DNA of 56,704 bases, taken from contig JAZNNA010000003.1 of the NCBI GenBank assembly GCA_045580065.1, forward strand, positions 1-56,704, given 5' to 3'. The notes beneath the pieces were generated by a model. That model saw nothing but the letters and a program-made list of their open reading frames with translations. It was not told the DNA's origin and made no database searches. Both the position numbers and the translations under genes were made by a program. The DNA comes from Eubacteriales bacterium (GTDB taxonomy: Bacteria > Bacillota > Clostridia > Oscillospirales > CAG-272). Below, one piece after another: positions 1-8,769 of this stretch (its first letter is position 1; every line of letters begins with the position of its first letter).

Positions 1-1
1 G

Positions 2-109
2 CAAAAAACGGGAATTTCTATGGATGATATTCAAGCATTGGATTTTAAGCAGTTGAATCAACTGGCAACTAGTTATTATTTGCAGTTTTCTCGGTTTGAC
101 CAGAATTAA
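2..109 (+). CDS. 3' end of a CDS truncated by the window edge, product unknown
   Basis: Frame is open from base 2 to TAA at 107-109 (...MDDIQALDFKQLNQLATSYYLQFSRFDQN*). AT-rich like the next two genes. No family recognised. Confidence 0.25.
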   Translation, partial: QKTGISMDDIQALDFKQLNQLATSYYLQFSRFDQN

Positions 110-177
110 AACTAAATATTACAAAAGCATATTCTTGATACATTTATTTTGCAATTAGAGAAGGGTGGGATAACTAA

Positions 178-966
178 ATGAGGAAATATTTTATAACATT
201 TTTTTTGCTTGTGATCCTATCAACCATTTTCGTCCTTGTATTGGGATGTAAAGGCCCCAAAAATTCCAATTTCCCATTAGAAGACAATTTTGAAACAGAA
301 CAACCTCAGGAGAAAGAAGACGTGGTCTACTTTACTAATTTTGTGGAAGGGTATGAAGCCAATAATCAAGATGCACTTGCCACAATGCTGCACAACGAAT
401 ACACTTTGCAGGAGTTGCACGCTTTTTTTGGAGAAATTCCGTTTAATGAAACAATGATGTATACAGGTATAAACGATGCTTTGACTATTCAAGAGGTGGC
501 ACAACGTTTTCCCATAGAATGCGTACGTCATGGCGGCCAAATTTTCTATTATTCGGTTTACAAGGTCACCGAGGGTGGATATTTTTATGTGTTTTGGGGA
601 TTTACTACAACCGATTACCAAGCTATTCTTAACGGAGGAAGCGCAGTGACCGCCAAAGTCCGTTTTACGACATACATAGCTTCGTTGAAAAATGAAGGTG
701 CTTTTCAACAAATCATTCCGCAGCAAAGCACTGCCACGGACGTGGCTGAAATTGATCCCGCGATGGAGCTAACCTTTGCTATGTCTTCGCCAAGTTCTTT
801 TCACCTTTTGGATAACGGAAACGTTCTGATCATAAAATATCAGCCCTCGGGTAGTATTTCGGGAAGAAGTAGTTTAACCGTAAAAGAAGTGCAAACTGTT
901 TCCAAGGGAACGGCGCAAACATCCTCGTATCTTGCTTCCATCCTCTCCCAAGACTTGCCCGATTGA
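178..966 (+). CDS. hypothetical lipoprotein
   Basis: 262-aa ORF. N-terminus MRKYFITFFLLVILSTIFVLVLGCKG is a signal peptide with a lipobox-like VLGC. RBS-like GGGTGGG lies upstream. AT-rich. No recognisable family. Confidence 0.7.
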   Translation: MRKYFITFFLLVILSTIFVLVLGCKGPKNSNFPLEDNFETEQPQEKEDVVYFTNFVEGYEANNQDALATMLHNEYTLQELHAFFGEIPFNETMMYTGINDALTIQEVAQRFPIECVRHGGQIFYYSVYKVTEGGYFYVFWGFTTTDYQAILNGGSAVTAKVRFTTYIASLKNEGAFQQIIPQQSTATDVAEIDPAMELTFAMSSPSSFHLLDNGNVLIIKYQPSGSISGRSSLTVKEVQTVSKGTAQTSSYLASILSQDLPD

Positions 967-1090
967 AAAATATTTTTTGGGACCTCGATTGTTTGTAATA
1001 TCAGGTTATTTGGGTGGAGTTGGTTGGTTTATTATCAAACTACGAAGAGCAACGCTAACACTTTTAAATTTTAAAAATAGGGAGATTGAA

Positions 1091-1537
1091 ATGAGAAAGA
1101 TCCTCAACAGTATCGGTAAGCCCATTGTTTTTATTATTGCAATTTTGTTTTTCTTTACTTCCTGTAGACATCAAGAAACTTACGACTTCATGAACGCAGT
1201 GGATGAGATTGCTGAGATTTCAATTGTAGCATTATCTTTTGATGAAGAGCAAGCTCTAGTTGAAACAAATGTTCAAAAAATAGTTGACACAAATGCATTT
1301 CTTAATGAATTTGGTGATATTGCTTGTTATACGTATTTGGGAGATCCTGCAGGGGTAACACCTGAAGGAGTTGAAGACACAGTTATCAAAATTTCTTATA
1401 CTAACGAAGAGTATGAATTGATTAATTGGAATGGTCAGGCAAAATACACTTTAGAAAGAGGTTTTATCTATTATTCGGGGTATCACGTGTTTGACAAGGA
1501 TCAATTCGAATCATTCATAACAAAATATTCTACTTAA
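1091..1537 (+). CDS. hypothetical lipoprotein
   Basis: Internal ATG at 1091 is preceded by AGGGAGA. MRKILNSIGKPIVFIIAILFFFTSCRHQ is a signal peptide with a Cys lipobox. The annotated upstream extension from 932 lacks an RBS. Confidence 0.65.
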   Translation: MRKILNSIGKPIVFIIAILFFFTSCRHQETYDFMNAVDEIAEISIVALSFDEEQALVETNVQKIVDTNAFLNEFGDIACYTYLGDPAGVTPEGVEDTVIKISYTNEEYELINWNGQAKYTLERGFIYYSGYHVFDKDQFESFITKYST

Positions 1538-1666
1538 GTTTTATATAAAAATCTTATGGAAAACTGCTTGGAGAGCAATTATTTTCCCCGCGTTTCTAAG
1601 TGGCATTAAGCCTCAGTTAGTTGCGATTCTATATGATTTTTATTTTAGAATCACAATTTTCAAAAA

Positions 1667-1697
1667 CCCTGCAACACCTTCCATGATGTTGCAGGGT
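1667..1697 (-). terminator. orphan intrinsic-terminator-like hairpin (minus-strand orientation)
   Basis: 10-bp stem CCCTGCAACA/TGTTGCAGGG. On the minus strand it is followed by TTTTTG. No convincing minus-strand gene lies upstream of it. Confidence 0.4.
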
Positions 1698-1881
1698 CCA
1701 CGGACAAGCTATTAGCAACCCTACACCAATCTCTACGACACGTTCATCACGTATGACGAGCAATCGCGCGTCAGCACGATCACACACTCGCTGGACTATC
1801 CTTTTCCAGCTACAGTTGATAGCTGCTACACAAGAAGAATTGATTGCTATTTTAAGCGGCATTGCACAAAAATGATCAAAG

Positions 1882-1912
1882 CAGCGGGTAAATTTTTTGC
1901 CCGCTGTTTTTT
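1882..1912 (+). terminator. intrinsic terminator (plus strand) just upstream of the LacI-family promoter
   Basis: 7-bp stem CAGCGGG/CCCGCTG with an 11-nt loop, followed by TTTTTT. Confidence 0.55.
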
Positions 1913-1926
1913 ATGTTATTCCCCTC

Positions 1927-1955
1927 TTGACAAGCGCAGGGCTGTGTGCTATAAT
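1927..1955 (+). promoter_or_regulatory. sigma-A type promoter of the LacI-family regulator
   Basis: TTGACA (1927-1932), 17 nt spacer, TATAAT (1950-1955). It lies downstream of the ORF-track ATG at 1872, which excludes that start. Confidence 0.75.
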
Positions 1956-1963
1956 GCAAGAAG

Positions 1964-1977
1964 GAGAAACGTTTCTC
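1964..1977. promoter_or_regulatory. LacI-family operator palindrome (copy 1), overlapping the predicted transcription start
   Basis: Perfect 14-bp palindrome GAGAAACGTTTCTC with the central CG typical of LacI/GalR operators. The identical core recurs at 3137-3150. Confidence 0.7.
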
Positions 1978-2006
1978 TATTTTTTCGAAAGGATACAGGG
2001 ACATCG

Positions 2007-3089
2007 GTGAGGGCTTGCAAGAAAACGACCGTAAGAGATATCGCGCAAAGGCTGAACGTTTCGCTCAGCACCGTCAACAAGGCGCTTACCGGAAAACCCG
2101 GGATCAGCGAAAAGCGGCGCGCTGAGATCATTGCCACGGCAAAAGAAATGGGATATGAGGTAAACCACGTGGCGCAAGCTCTATCCAGAAAGCCCATCAA
2201 GATCGGCGTGATCATCCCCTCTGACTGGCAGCAATATTTTGCCCCTGTAGAGGAAGGGATGCAAAAGGCGCTCTCGGAGCTTTCACATTCCAACGTCAGC
2301 GGCGAGATCCTGCATATTGCCAAGAGCGAGGATATTCTCCCCTCTTTGCAGCATTTTTCGGAAAATGCGTTTGATATCATTCTCTACTGCCCCTCGCTGA
2401 TCAGCCTGAGCGATGCAGCCCGCGCGTATCTGGCGCAGATCAACATTCCGCTTATGCTTGTGGGTGCGGATTTCTCGTTTATCGACAACGTATGCACCGT
2501 CAGCATCGACAGCGAGCTTTCGGGCAAGATGGCGGCTGATTTTTTGAGCTTCCCCCTCAAAAACGGCGACAAGGTTGCCGTTTTTATCGGCTCCAAGCAG
2601 ATCGACACGCACGTGAGCAAGGCGGTTTCTTTTGTGGAGCGCGCGCAAAAAAACGGATTGGCGGTTGTTGCCGTGCATGAAACGGGCGACGTTTCCAAAA
2701 CGATACGCCGGCATCTGGAAAGCACCCTGCGGGACCACCCCGACCTTGCAGGGATCTATGCCGCAACGGGCAGCAGCGAGCCCATCGTGCAATATTTTTG
2801 GGAAACGGCATCCAAGCTGCCCTACATTGTAGCCACCGACGTTTACGACGACGTAAAGGCGAACATGAAAAGCGGCAAGGTGTGCGCAACCATCTTTCAA
2901 AACCAGATGCTGATGGGCAGACTGGCGATCGAGCATGCTTATAAATTTATTGTGCAAAAAACAAGCTACAGCATCGATCCCCCGCCCCTCCCCTCTCGCA
3001 TATACGTAACCCCGCACCTTCTTTTGCCGTCAAGCTTTGATAACGATCACCCGTACGACGGCAACGATTACAGAACGGATATTACATAA
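2007..3089 (+). CDS. LacI family transcriptional regulator
   Basis: GTG start at 2007 with AGGGA 5 nt upstream. N-terminal HTH TVRDIAQRLNVSLSTVNKALTGKPGISEKRRAEIIATAKEMGYEVNHVAQALS, followed by a periplasmic-binding-protein-like sugar-binding fold. Confidence 0.85.
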   Translation: MRACKKTTVRDIAQRLNVSLSTVNKALTGKPGISEKRRAEIIATAKEMGYEVNHVAQALSRKPIKIGVIIPSDWQQYFAPVEEGMQKALSELSHSNVSGEILHIAKSEDILPSLQHFSENAFDIILYCPSLISLSDAARAYLAQINIPLMLVGADFSFIDNVCTVSIDSELSGKMAADFLSFPLKNGDKVAVFIGSKQIDTHVSKAVSFVERAQKNGLAVVAVHETGDVSKTIRRHLESTLRDHPDLAGIYAATGSSEPIVQYFWETASKLPYIVATDVYDDVKANMKSGKVCATIFQNQMLMGRLAIEHAYKFIVQKTSYSIDPPPLPSRIYVTPHLLLPSSFDNDHPYDGNDYRTDIT

Positions 3090-3098
3090 AACCAAACA

Positions 3099-3121
3099 CC
3101 CGCAGCCCCTTGGGCTGCGGG
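3099..3121 (+). terminator. GC-rich hairpin after the regulator gene (weak terminator)
   Basis: Stem CCCGCAGCC/GGCTGCGGG. No T-tract follows on the plus strand, so termination is likely partial. Confidence 0.35.
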
Positions 3122-3134
3122 AATTAAAAAAACT

Positions 3135-3152
3135 TAGAGAAACGTTTCTCTA
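3135..3152. promoter_or_regulatory. LacI-family operator palindrome (copy 2) in front of the SDR-transketolase operon
   Basis: Perfect 18-bp palindrome TAGAGAAACGTTTCTCTA, 24 nt upstream of the SDR start codon. Confidence 0.7.
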
Positions 3153-3175
3153 ACGAATACAGAAAGGAACAAGCT

Positions 3176-3961
3176 ATGAATCTCACAGGAAAAAAGGTAG
3201 TCATCACGGGCGGTGGCGGCGGCATAGGCAGATCTGCCTCCTTCCTCTTTGCCGAGTACGGTGCCGAGGTCATCATTCTTGAATACAACGAGGAAAGCGG
3301 CAAAAGCGCCGAGGCGCAGATCACCGCCAAGGGGCAAAAGGCGTGGTTTATCAAAACCGATATTTCAAAGCCGGAATCCGTCAAGGCGGCGTTTGCGCAG
3401 ATCAAGGAAAGATACGGCTATATCGACGCGCTTTACAACAACGCCTCGGTCTTTCTTGGCGGAAGGGACACCAGCATTGATCAGCTGGAGGAGGACGTTT
3501 GGGACAAAGTGCTTTCCATCAATCTGAACGGGCTGTATTATTGCTCGAAGCAGGCGGCAAACCTGATGAAGGAGCGCGGCGGCGCGATCGTAAACACCGC
3601 ATCCTCTGCCGGCGTGGTGGGTATTCCCTGCAGCACGGCCTATACCGCCACCAAGGGCGCAACGGTATCGCTGACGCGGTGCATGGCGGCGGATCTTGGC
3701 AGATACAACATCCGCACAAACTGCATTGCTCCTGCGGCCATTATGACGGATATGGTAAAGGAAAGCAACCTCAACGACCCCAACTTTGACAACGATTTCT
3801 TTATCAAGCAGATCACCCCCTTAAAGCGCTGGGGCAAGCCCGAGGACGTTGCAAATCTTGCGGCATTTCTGATCTCTGACGAGGGCGCTTACCTCAACGG
3901 AACGATCATCCCGTGTGACGGCGGCATCACCATCAACGGCGACGTAAACAAGCAAATCTAA
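3176..3961 (+). CDS. SDR family NAD(P)-dependent oxidoreductase
   Basis: TGGGGGIG dinucleotide-binding motif, NNAS, and catalytic YTATKGA (YxxxK). 261 aa. Confidence 0.9.
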   Translation: MNLTGKKVVITGGGGGIGRSASFLFAEYGAEVIILEYNEESGKSAEAQITAKGQKAWFIKTDISKPESVKAAFAQIKERYGYIDALYNNASVFLGGRDTSIDQLEEDVWDKVLSINLNGLYYCSKQAANLMKERGGAIVNTASSAGVVGIPCSTAYTATKGATVSLTRCMAADLGRYNIRTNCIAPAAIMTDMVKESNLNDPNFDNDFFIKQITPLKRWGKPEDVANLAAFLISDEGAYLNGTIIPCDGGITINGDVNKQI

Positions 3962-3981
3962 CCAAAAGGAGAAAAAGCCAA

Positions 3982-4833
3982 ATGAATAAGGAAAGACTTT
4001 GCGAGCTTGCGGATTTTGCATTCCGCGTTCGCAGAAACTGCATCAGAATGACCAATCACGGACAATCCGGGCACGTGGGGAGCATGCTGTCGATGGCAGA
4101 GATCATCACTGTGCTTTATAACGGTGTGCTGAAAAACGTTTCGGCACAGGACCCCAAAAACCCTGCACGTGACCGCTTTATTTTAAGCAAGGGGCATGCC
4201 GGCTGCGCCGTTTATGCAGCGCTGTATGAAAAGGGATATTTCCCCGAGGACTGGCTGATGACCTACTACTGCGACAACGGCAAGCTGATGGGGCATATCA
4301 GCCACCACGTGCCGGGCGTTGAGTTCTCTACCGGCTCGCTTGGCCACGGCCTTCCCGTTGCGGTGGGTATGGCGCTGAACGCAAAGCTGAAAAACGCATC
4401 GCACAAGGTATATTGCCTGATGTCCGACGGCGATATGAACGAGGGCTCGACCTGGGAGGGCATTATGTTTGCAGGCCAGCACAAGCTGGATAAGCTTGTG
4501 GGCATCGTGGACTACAACCGCGTGCAGGCGCTGGGCCACTCCGAAAACATTGCGGATCTTGAGCCGCTTGACGAAAAGCTGAAGCTTTGGGGTTGGGATG
4601 CCGTTTACGTTGACGGGCACGATCTTGAAGCGCTGGAGAACGCCTTTGCGGCGATTGAGGAAAACGGCAAGCCCACCATGATCATCTGCCGCACCATAAA
4701 GGCGCGCGGTATCCCGTGGCTTGAGGATACGGTCAAATCTCACTACGGCTTTATCCCCGATGACAAGGTGGAGGAAGCTATTGCGGGCTGCGCAGCATTC
4801 TGCGAGCAGACAAAGAACGGAGGCAAAGCATAA
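3982..4833 (+). CDS. transketolase, N-terminal (thiamine-diphosphate-binding) subunit
   Basis: GHVGSMLSMAEI, SKGHAG and SDGDMNEGSTWE motifs of the split transketolase family. Confidence 0.9.
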   Translation: MNKERLCELADFAFRVRRNCIRMTNHGQSGHVGSMLSMAEIITVLYNGVLKNVSAQDPKNPARDRFILSKGHAGCAVYAALYEKGYFPEDWLMTYYCDNGKLMGHISHHVPGVEFSTGSLGHGLPVAVGMALNAKLKNASHKVYCLMSDGDMNEGSTWEGIMFAGQHKLDKLVGIVDYNRVQALGHSENIADLEPLDEKLKLWGWDAVYVDGHDLEALENAFAAIEENGKPTMIICRTIKARGIPWLEDTVKSHYGFIPDDKVEEAIAGCAAFCEQTKNGGKA

Positions 4834-5753
4834 TGAGAACGGTATTTAATAAAACGCTGATCGAGATCGCCAAAAACGACCCGCGCATCCATATGATCCT
4901 TGCCGATATCGGCTACGGAGAGATCGAGGCCTTTGACAAAGCCTTTCCCGGCAGGCTTTATAACGTGGGCGTTGCCGAGCAGAACATGACCGGCGTTGCC
5001 TGCGGCATGGCGATGGAGGGCAATATCTGCATCACGTATTCGATTGCAAACTTCCCCACCCTGCGCTGCCTTGAGCAGATCAGAAACGACGTATGCTACC
5101 ACAACCAGAACGTCAAGATCGTCATCATCGGCGGCGGCGTATCCTACGGTCCGCTTGGCGTTTCTCACCACTCCACTGAGGATATTGCCATTATGCGCGC
5201 GCTCCCCAACATCGTTGTCGTCGTCCCCTGCGACAATCTGGAGGCAGAGGCTGCCACCCACGCAATGATCGCGCATCAAGGGCCCGTATACTATCGCTGC
5301 GGCTATAAAAACGAGAGCGATATTCACGAGGCACCGATCAAATTTGAGATCGGAAAATCCATCCCCGTCAGCGACGGGAAGGATCTTGCCATCTTCTTTA
5401 CCGGCCCCATCGGCTACGATGCCAAGATCGCGGCAAAAAGGCTGGAGGCAGAGGGATATTCGATCCGCCTTGTCAGCATGCACTCGATCAAGCCCATCGA
5501 CAAGGAGGAGATCGTTTCCTCCTCGAAGAATATCGGCAAGATCCTGACCGTAGAGGAGCATAACCTCTCGGGCGGCCTTGGCTCTGCCGTTGCAGAGGTG
5601 CTGGCAGACGAGGGGCGCGTATGCAAATTCAAGCGTATGGCTCTCCCCGACGTCAACGTATCCAAGGTTGGCTCGCAGCAATGGCTGCGCGAGCAATACG
5701 GCCTTGGCGTGGAGGATATCTACAACGCGGCAAAGGCTATGATCAAGGGATAA
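4833..5753 (+). CDS. transketolase, C-terminal (pyrimidine-binding) subunit
   Basis: TAATG stop/start overlap with the N-terminal subunit. NVGVAEQNM motif. 306 aa. Confidence 0.9.
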   Translation: MRTVFNKTLIEIAKNDPRIHMILADIGYGEIEAFDKAFPGRLYNVGVAEQNMTGVACGMAMEGNICITYSIANFPTLRCLEQIRNDVCYHNQNVKIVIIGGGVSYGPLGVSHHSTEDIAIMRALPNIVVVVPCDNLEAEAATHAMIAHQGPVYYRCGYKNESDIHEAPIKFEIGKSIPVSDGKDLAIFFTGPIGYDAKIAAKRLEAEGYSIRLVSMHSIKPIDKEEIVSSSKNIGKILTVEEHNLSGGLGSAVAEVLADEGRVCKFKRMALPDVNVSKVGSQQWLREQYGLGVEDIYNAAKAMIKG

Positions 5754-5760
5754 AAGGCAA

Positions 5761-5792
5761 AAAGATCGCACCCGCGGGTGCGATCTTTTTTT
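5761..5792 (+). terminator. intrinsic terminator of the SDR-transketolase operon
   Basis: GATCGCACCC/GGGTGCGATC stem followed by TTTTTTT. Confidence 0.85.
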
Positions 5793-5891
5793 CACTGCCA
5801 AGCAAAACTAAACAAATCGTCAAAATTGTTTATTTTCAAATGGCTTTTTGTGTGTTATAATGATTTTATCAAAACATTGCGAGGTGCTACT

Positions 5892-6770
5892 ATGAAAACG
5901 TATATCATTTATAACCCCCACGCAGGTACCGGAAATGGCGAGAGCGAGGCGCAAAAGCTGACTGCGCTTTACGGCACTGACGTTTTGCTGCAGGATATGA
6001 CCGGGATCGAAAGCTATGCTGAGTTCCTTGCCCCCCTTACCGCTGAGGATCAACTGGTGATCTGCGGCGGCGACGGCACGCTCAACCGCTTTGTCAACGA
6101 TACCGAGGGGCTGGAGCTGCCCTTTGACATTCTTTACTGCGCGGTGGGCACCGGCAACGATTTTTTGAACGACCTTGGCAAAAAGCCGGGGGGTGAGCCC
6201 TTTTCCATCAAAAAATACCTTTCCGACCTACCCGTGGTCGAGGTAAACGGCATGACGCGCCGCTATCTCAACGGCATCGGCTTTGGTGTTGACGGCTACT
6301 GCTGCGAGGTGGGCGATCAGCTCAAGGCAAGATCCGACAAGCCGGTGAATTACACCGCCATTGCCATCAAGGGGCTTTTGTTCCACTACAAGCCCGCCAC
6401 CGCCACCATCACGGTGGACGGCAAGAGCTATACCTATAAAAAGACCTGGATCGCCGCTGCGATGAACGGCCGCTTTTACGGCGGCGGTATGATGACCGCC
6501 CCCGCGCAGGATCGCCTTGGCGAGAACGGTGAGGTGACACTTGTGGTGATGCACGGCTCCGGCAAGCTCAAGACCCTGATGGTGTTCCCCTCTATCTTCA
6601 AGGGCGAGCACGTCAAGCACACCGAGATGGTTGCCGTACATACGGGTAAGGAGATAGAGGTCAGCTTTGACCACCCCTGCGCCCTGCAGATCGACGGCGA
6701 AACGGTTCTGAACGTGACCTCTTACCGCGTAAAGGCGGGCAAAACCGCAAAATCCCCCGTAACGGTATAA
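5892..6770 (+). CDS. diacylglycerol kinase catalytic-domain family lipid kinase (YegS/BmrU-like)
   Basis: Internal ATG at 5892 preceded by GAGGTG. MKTYIIYNPHAGTG... with the GGDGT nucleotide-binding motif (ICGGDGTLN). Confidence 0.8.
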   Translation: MKTYIIYNPHAGTGNGESEAQKLTALYGTDVLLQDMTGIESYAEFLAPLTAEDQLVICGGDGTLNRFVNDTEGLELPFDILYCAVGTGNDFLNDLGKKPGGEPFSIKKYLSDLPVVEVNGMTRRYLNGIGFGVDGYCCEVGDQLKARSDKPVNYTAIAIKGLLFHYKPATATITVDGKSYTYKKTWIAAAMNGRFYGGGMMTAPAQDRLGENGEVTLVVMHGSGKLKTLMVFPSIFKGEHVKHTEMVAVHTGKEIEVSFDHPCALQIDGETVLNVTSYRVKAGKTAKSPVTV

Positions 6771-6778
6771 AAAACAAA

Positions 6779-6814
6779 GCAGCCCCACGGCCAAATGCCG
6801 CGGGGCTGTTTTTT
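6779..6814. terminator. bidirectional terminator between convergent genes
   Basis: AGCCCCACGG/CCGCGGGGCT stem with one mismatch. T-tracts are present on both strands. Confidence 0.75.
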
Positions 6815-8663
6815 AATGCTCTACGCCGGATAAGATCAGCGTATCGCTATGGCGGTTGCGGTGATTTCCGTATACCGTGTAGGTGCTTTTATCGGTTTGC
6901 GGCACAAAGAAGTATGCCGTGTGTGCCTCTACAAGCATCGAGGCGGTATCCTCGCGTGCAAGGCGCGGCGTGTCGCCGTTTTCGCTCAAATAAAGCGAGG
7001 TACCGGCGTAATAGTAAAAGGTATCGTCAAGCGTAACGCAAAGGGTGCCGGGATTGACGGTGTCCACAAGGCGCACCGCAACGGGGTTCACCCCCTTGGT
7101 TTCAAGCGAGTAGAGCGCGTATTGCCAGTCGGCAAACATCACGCAGCTGCCATCCACGTTGGTGCAGAACTCGGCAACGTCCCAGTAAAGACATTCTGCC
7201 TCGGTCTTTCCCTTTTTGCTGTGGTACAGATGCTTGCGCACCTCCTCCTGCTCGCGCACCTCCACCACAAGGAAATACACGCCCTTGTCGGTAACGGTCA
7301 CGTTGCTTTGCAGGGCATCAACACGGTGAACAAGCGAAAGCTCGCCGTTGCGGCCAAGGTACATCAGCATCGTGCCGTCCTCGGCAGCGCCGGACTTGAG
7401 ATAATACCCCTTTAAAAAGCTTTTGACAAGCTTTTGTGCGGCGCAGGGCAGCTGATTGCTTGCAGCGCGGCGATTGGGCAGAAAGCTCAGCTTTTCGCCC
7501 ACCTTCAGCTCGGGGATCGTGATGCGCTCGCCGTCGATCCAAAGCTGGGTGCCCGTGGCGGTATCCAGCAGCATCTCGCTGAAATCGCGGTTGAAGGTGA
7601 TGCCGTAGGGCTCCTCGCTCTTGTAGCAGATCACGGGAAGCTCGTCCTCGGGGGCAAAATAATACAGCGCGCCGTCGGCCTGGTTCTGATAGTAGAGATA
7701 CGTGCAATTGTTGGCGATCGCCACGGGGATAAGGCCGGTGACGTTCTCCATACGCGGCTCGTTATTAGAGGCGGAGTAGATCTTGGCGCGCGTGCTTTCC
7801 TGCTGCACGTAGGTATAGAACAGCTCGTTTCCGTTGGGAGAGAGACAGTAGCGCGCGTCGCGCGTGTCGGTGGACATACGCTGCGGCGTGCGATCGCGCG
7901 TGATGGGGCAATAGAAAAGCAGGTTGTCGGTGGTGCGGAAGGCGATGGCTGAGCCGTTTTGCGCCAGCACAAAGTCGGCAACGCCTGCATACAGTACAGA
8001 AACGCTTTTGCGCTCGATCAGATAGAGCGTGTCGCCAATGATGGCAGCGCTGACGTTTCCGTTTTCGCTGAAGCCCTGTGCGGTGCATTTGCCCGCAAGG
8101 GTCGCATTTTTGAGGGGAGCGCCGTTGACCACCACGGTGGTGGTATCAGATTCCGGCACGTAGAAAAGCTGCACCGATGCGGTGCGCTCGGCATAAGCGG
8201 TGGGACGGTACAAAAAGATCAGCAGTGATGCAGTAAAAATGGCGGCAATGCCCAGCAGCAGCAAAAGCATTTGGAAAAAGTTGCGGCGCTCCTGCTTTAA
8301 GGGCGGAAAGGCGATGGGCGGAACGGCATTTTCAACCGAGCCACCGTGCGCCTCGTCACTGGGGAGCGCGGCGCCCGAGGGGGGCGGCAGAGCGCCCTGT
8401 GCCCCGCCTTCCTGCTCGTTGCTCTCCGGCAGAGAGGCAAGCAGCTCCGCCTCGCTTTTGGCGCGGTTCTTTTTCTGCTTTTTGGGCTTGCTCTCAGTGC
8501 TTGGTGCTTCCTCGGCGACAGCCTCAGCAGCTTCCTTGGGGGCGGCTTCGGCAGCTCCCTCGGGTGCCTTTTGCGGCTCGCTTTTTTTATTCTCCTCCTC
8601 GGGCGCTGCAGCTGCCATTTGCTCGGCAACCTCGCCCTCGCTTAATATCTTCTTTTTCGGCAC
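6813..8663 (-). CDS. single-pass membrane protein with a low-complexity N-terminal tail and a beta-propeller-like C-terminal domain
   Basis: 616 aa. About 125 aa are Ala/Glu/Pro/Lys-rich. One TM segment (FFQMLLLLLGIAAIFTASLLIFLY). About 460 aa follow with recurring aromatic beta-strand-like blocks (LYLIE, LFYTYV, LYYQNQADGALYYF, FYYYAGTSLYL). Confidence 0.7.
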   Translation of the reverse strand: MPKKKILSEGEVAEQMAAAAPEEENKKSEPQKAPEGAAEAAPKEAAEAVAEEAPSTESKPKKQKKNRAKSEAELLASLPESNEQEGGAQGALPPPSGAALPSDEAHGGSVENAVPPIAFPPLKQERRNFFQMLLLLLGIAAIFTASLLIFLYRPTAYAERTASVQLFYVPESDTTTVVVNGAPLKNATLAGKCTAQGFSENGNVSAAIIGDTLYLIERKSVSVLYAGVADFVLAQNGSAIAFRTTDNLLFYCPITRDRTPQRMSTDTRDARYCLSPNGNELFYTYVQQESTRAKIYSASNNEPRMENVTGLIPVAIANNCTYLYYQNQADGALYYFAPEDELPVICYKSEEPYGITFNRDFSEMLLDTATGTQLWIDGERITIPELKVGEKLSFLPNRRAASNQLPCAAQKLVKSFLKGYYLKSGAAEDGTMLMYLGRNGELSLVHRVDALQSNVTVTDKGVYFLVVEVREQEEVRKHLYHSKKGKTEAECLYWDVAEFCTNVDGSCVMFADWQYALYSLETKGVNPVAVRLVDTVNPGTLCVTLDDTFYYYAGTSLYLSENGDTPRLAREDTASMLVEAHTAYFFVPQTDKSTYTVYGNHRNRHSDTLILSGVEH

Positions 8664-8769
8664 GGCGGTTTCCTCCTTTGCAGAAAACTCACCCCGGTCG
8701 GGGGAAAAGGATATCTTTCCCTATTATTTTACACAAAATGACACAAAAAGTCAAGCCCTTTAGAAAACA

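Noticed and set aside
1629-1862. 77-aa minus-strand ORF in the AT/GC junction
   Set aside because: It has no RBS and an odd Cys/Arg-rich sequence. Its 3' part runs through the terminator-like hairpin at 1667-1697. I treated the region as non-coding.
1872-2006. N-terminal extension of the LacI-family ORF (ATG at 1872), and similar long-ORF extensions at 932, 5778, 10531, 18074, 37138 and 54678
   Set aside because: In each case the extension overlaps a promoter, terminator or leader RNA, or the upstream gene, and lacks an RBS. Internal starts with good RBSs reproduce the canonical N-termini.
4743-5801. 352-aa minus-strand ORF
   Set aside because: It is antisense to the transketolase C-terminal subunit and crosses the operon terminator.
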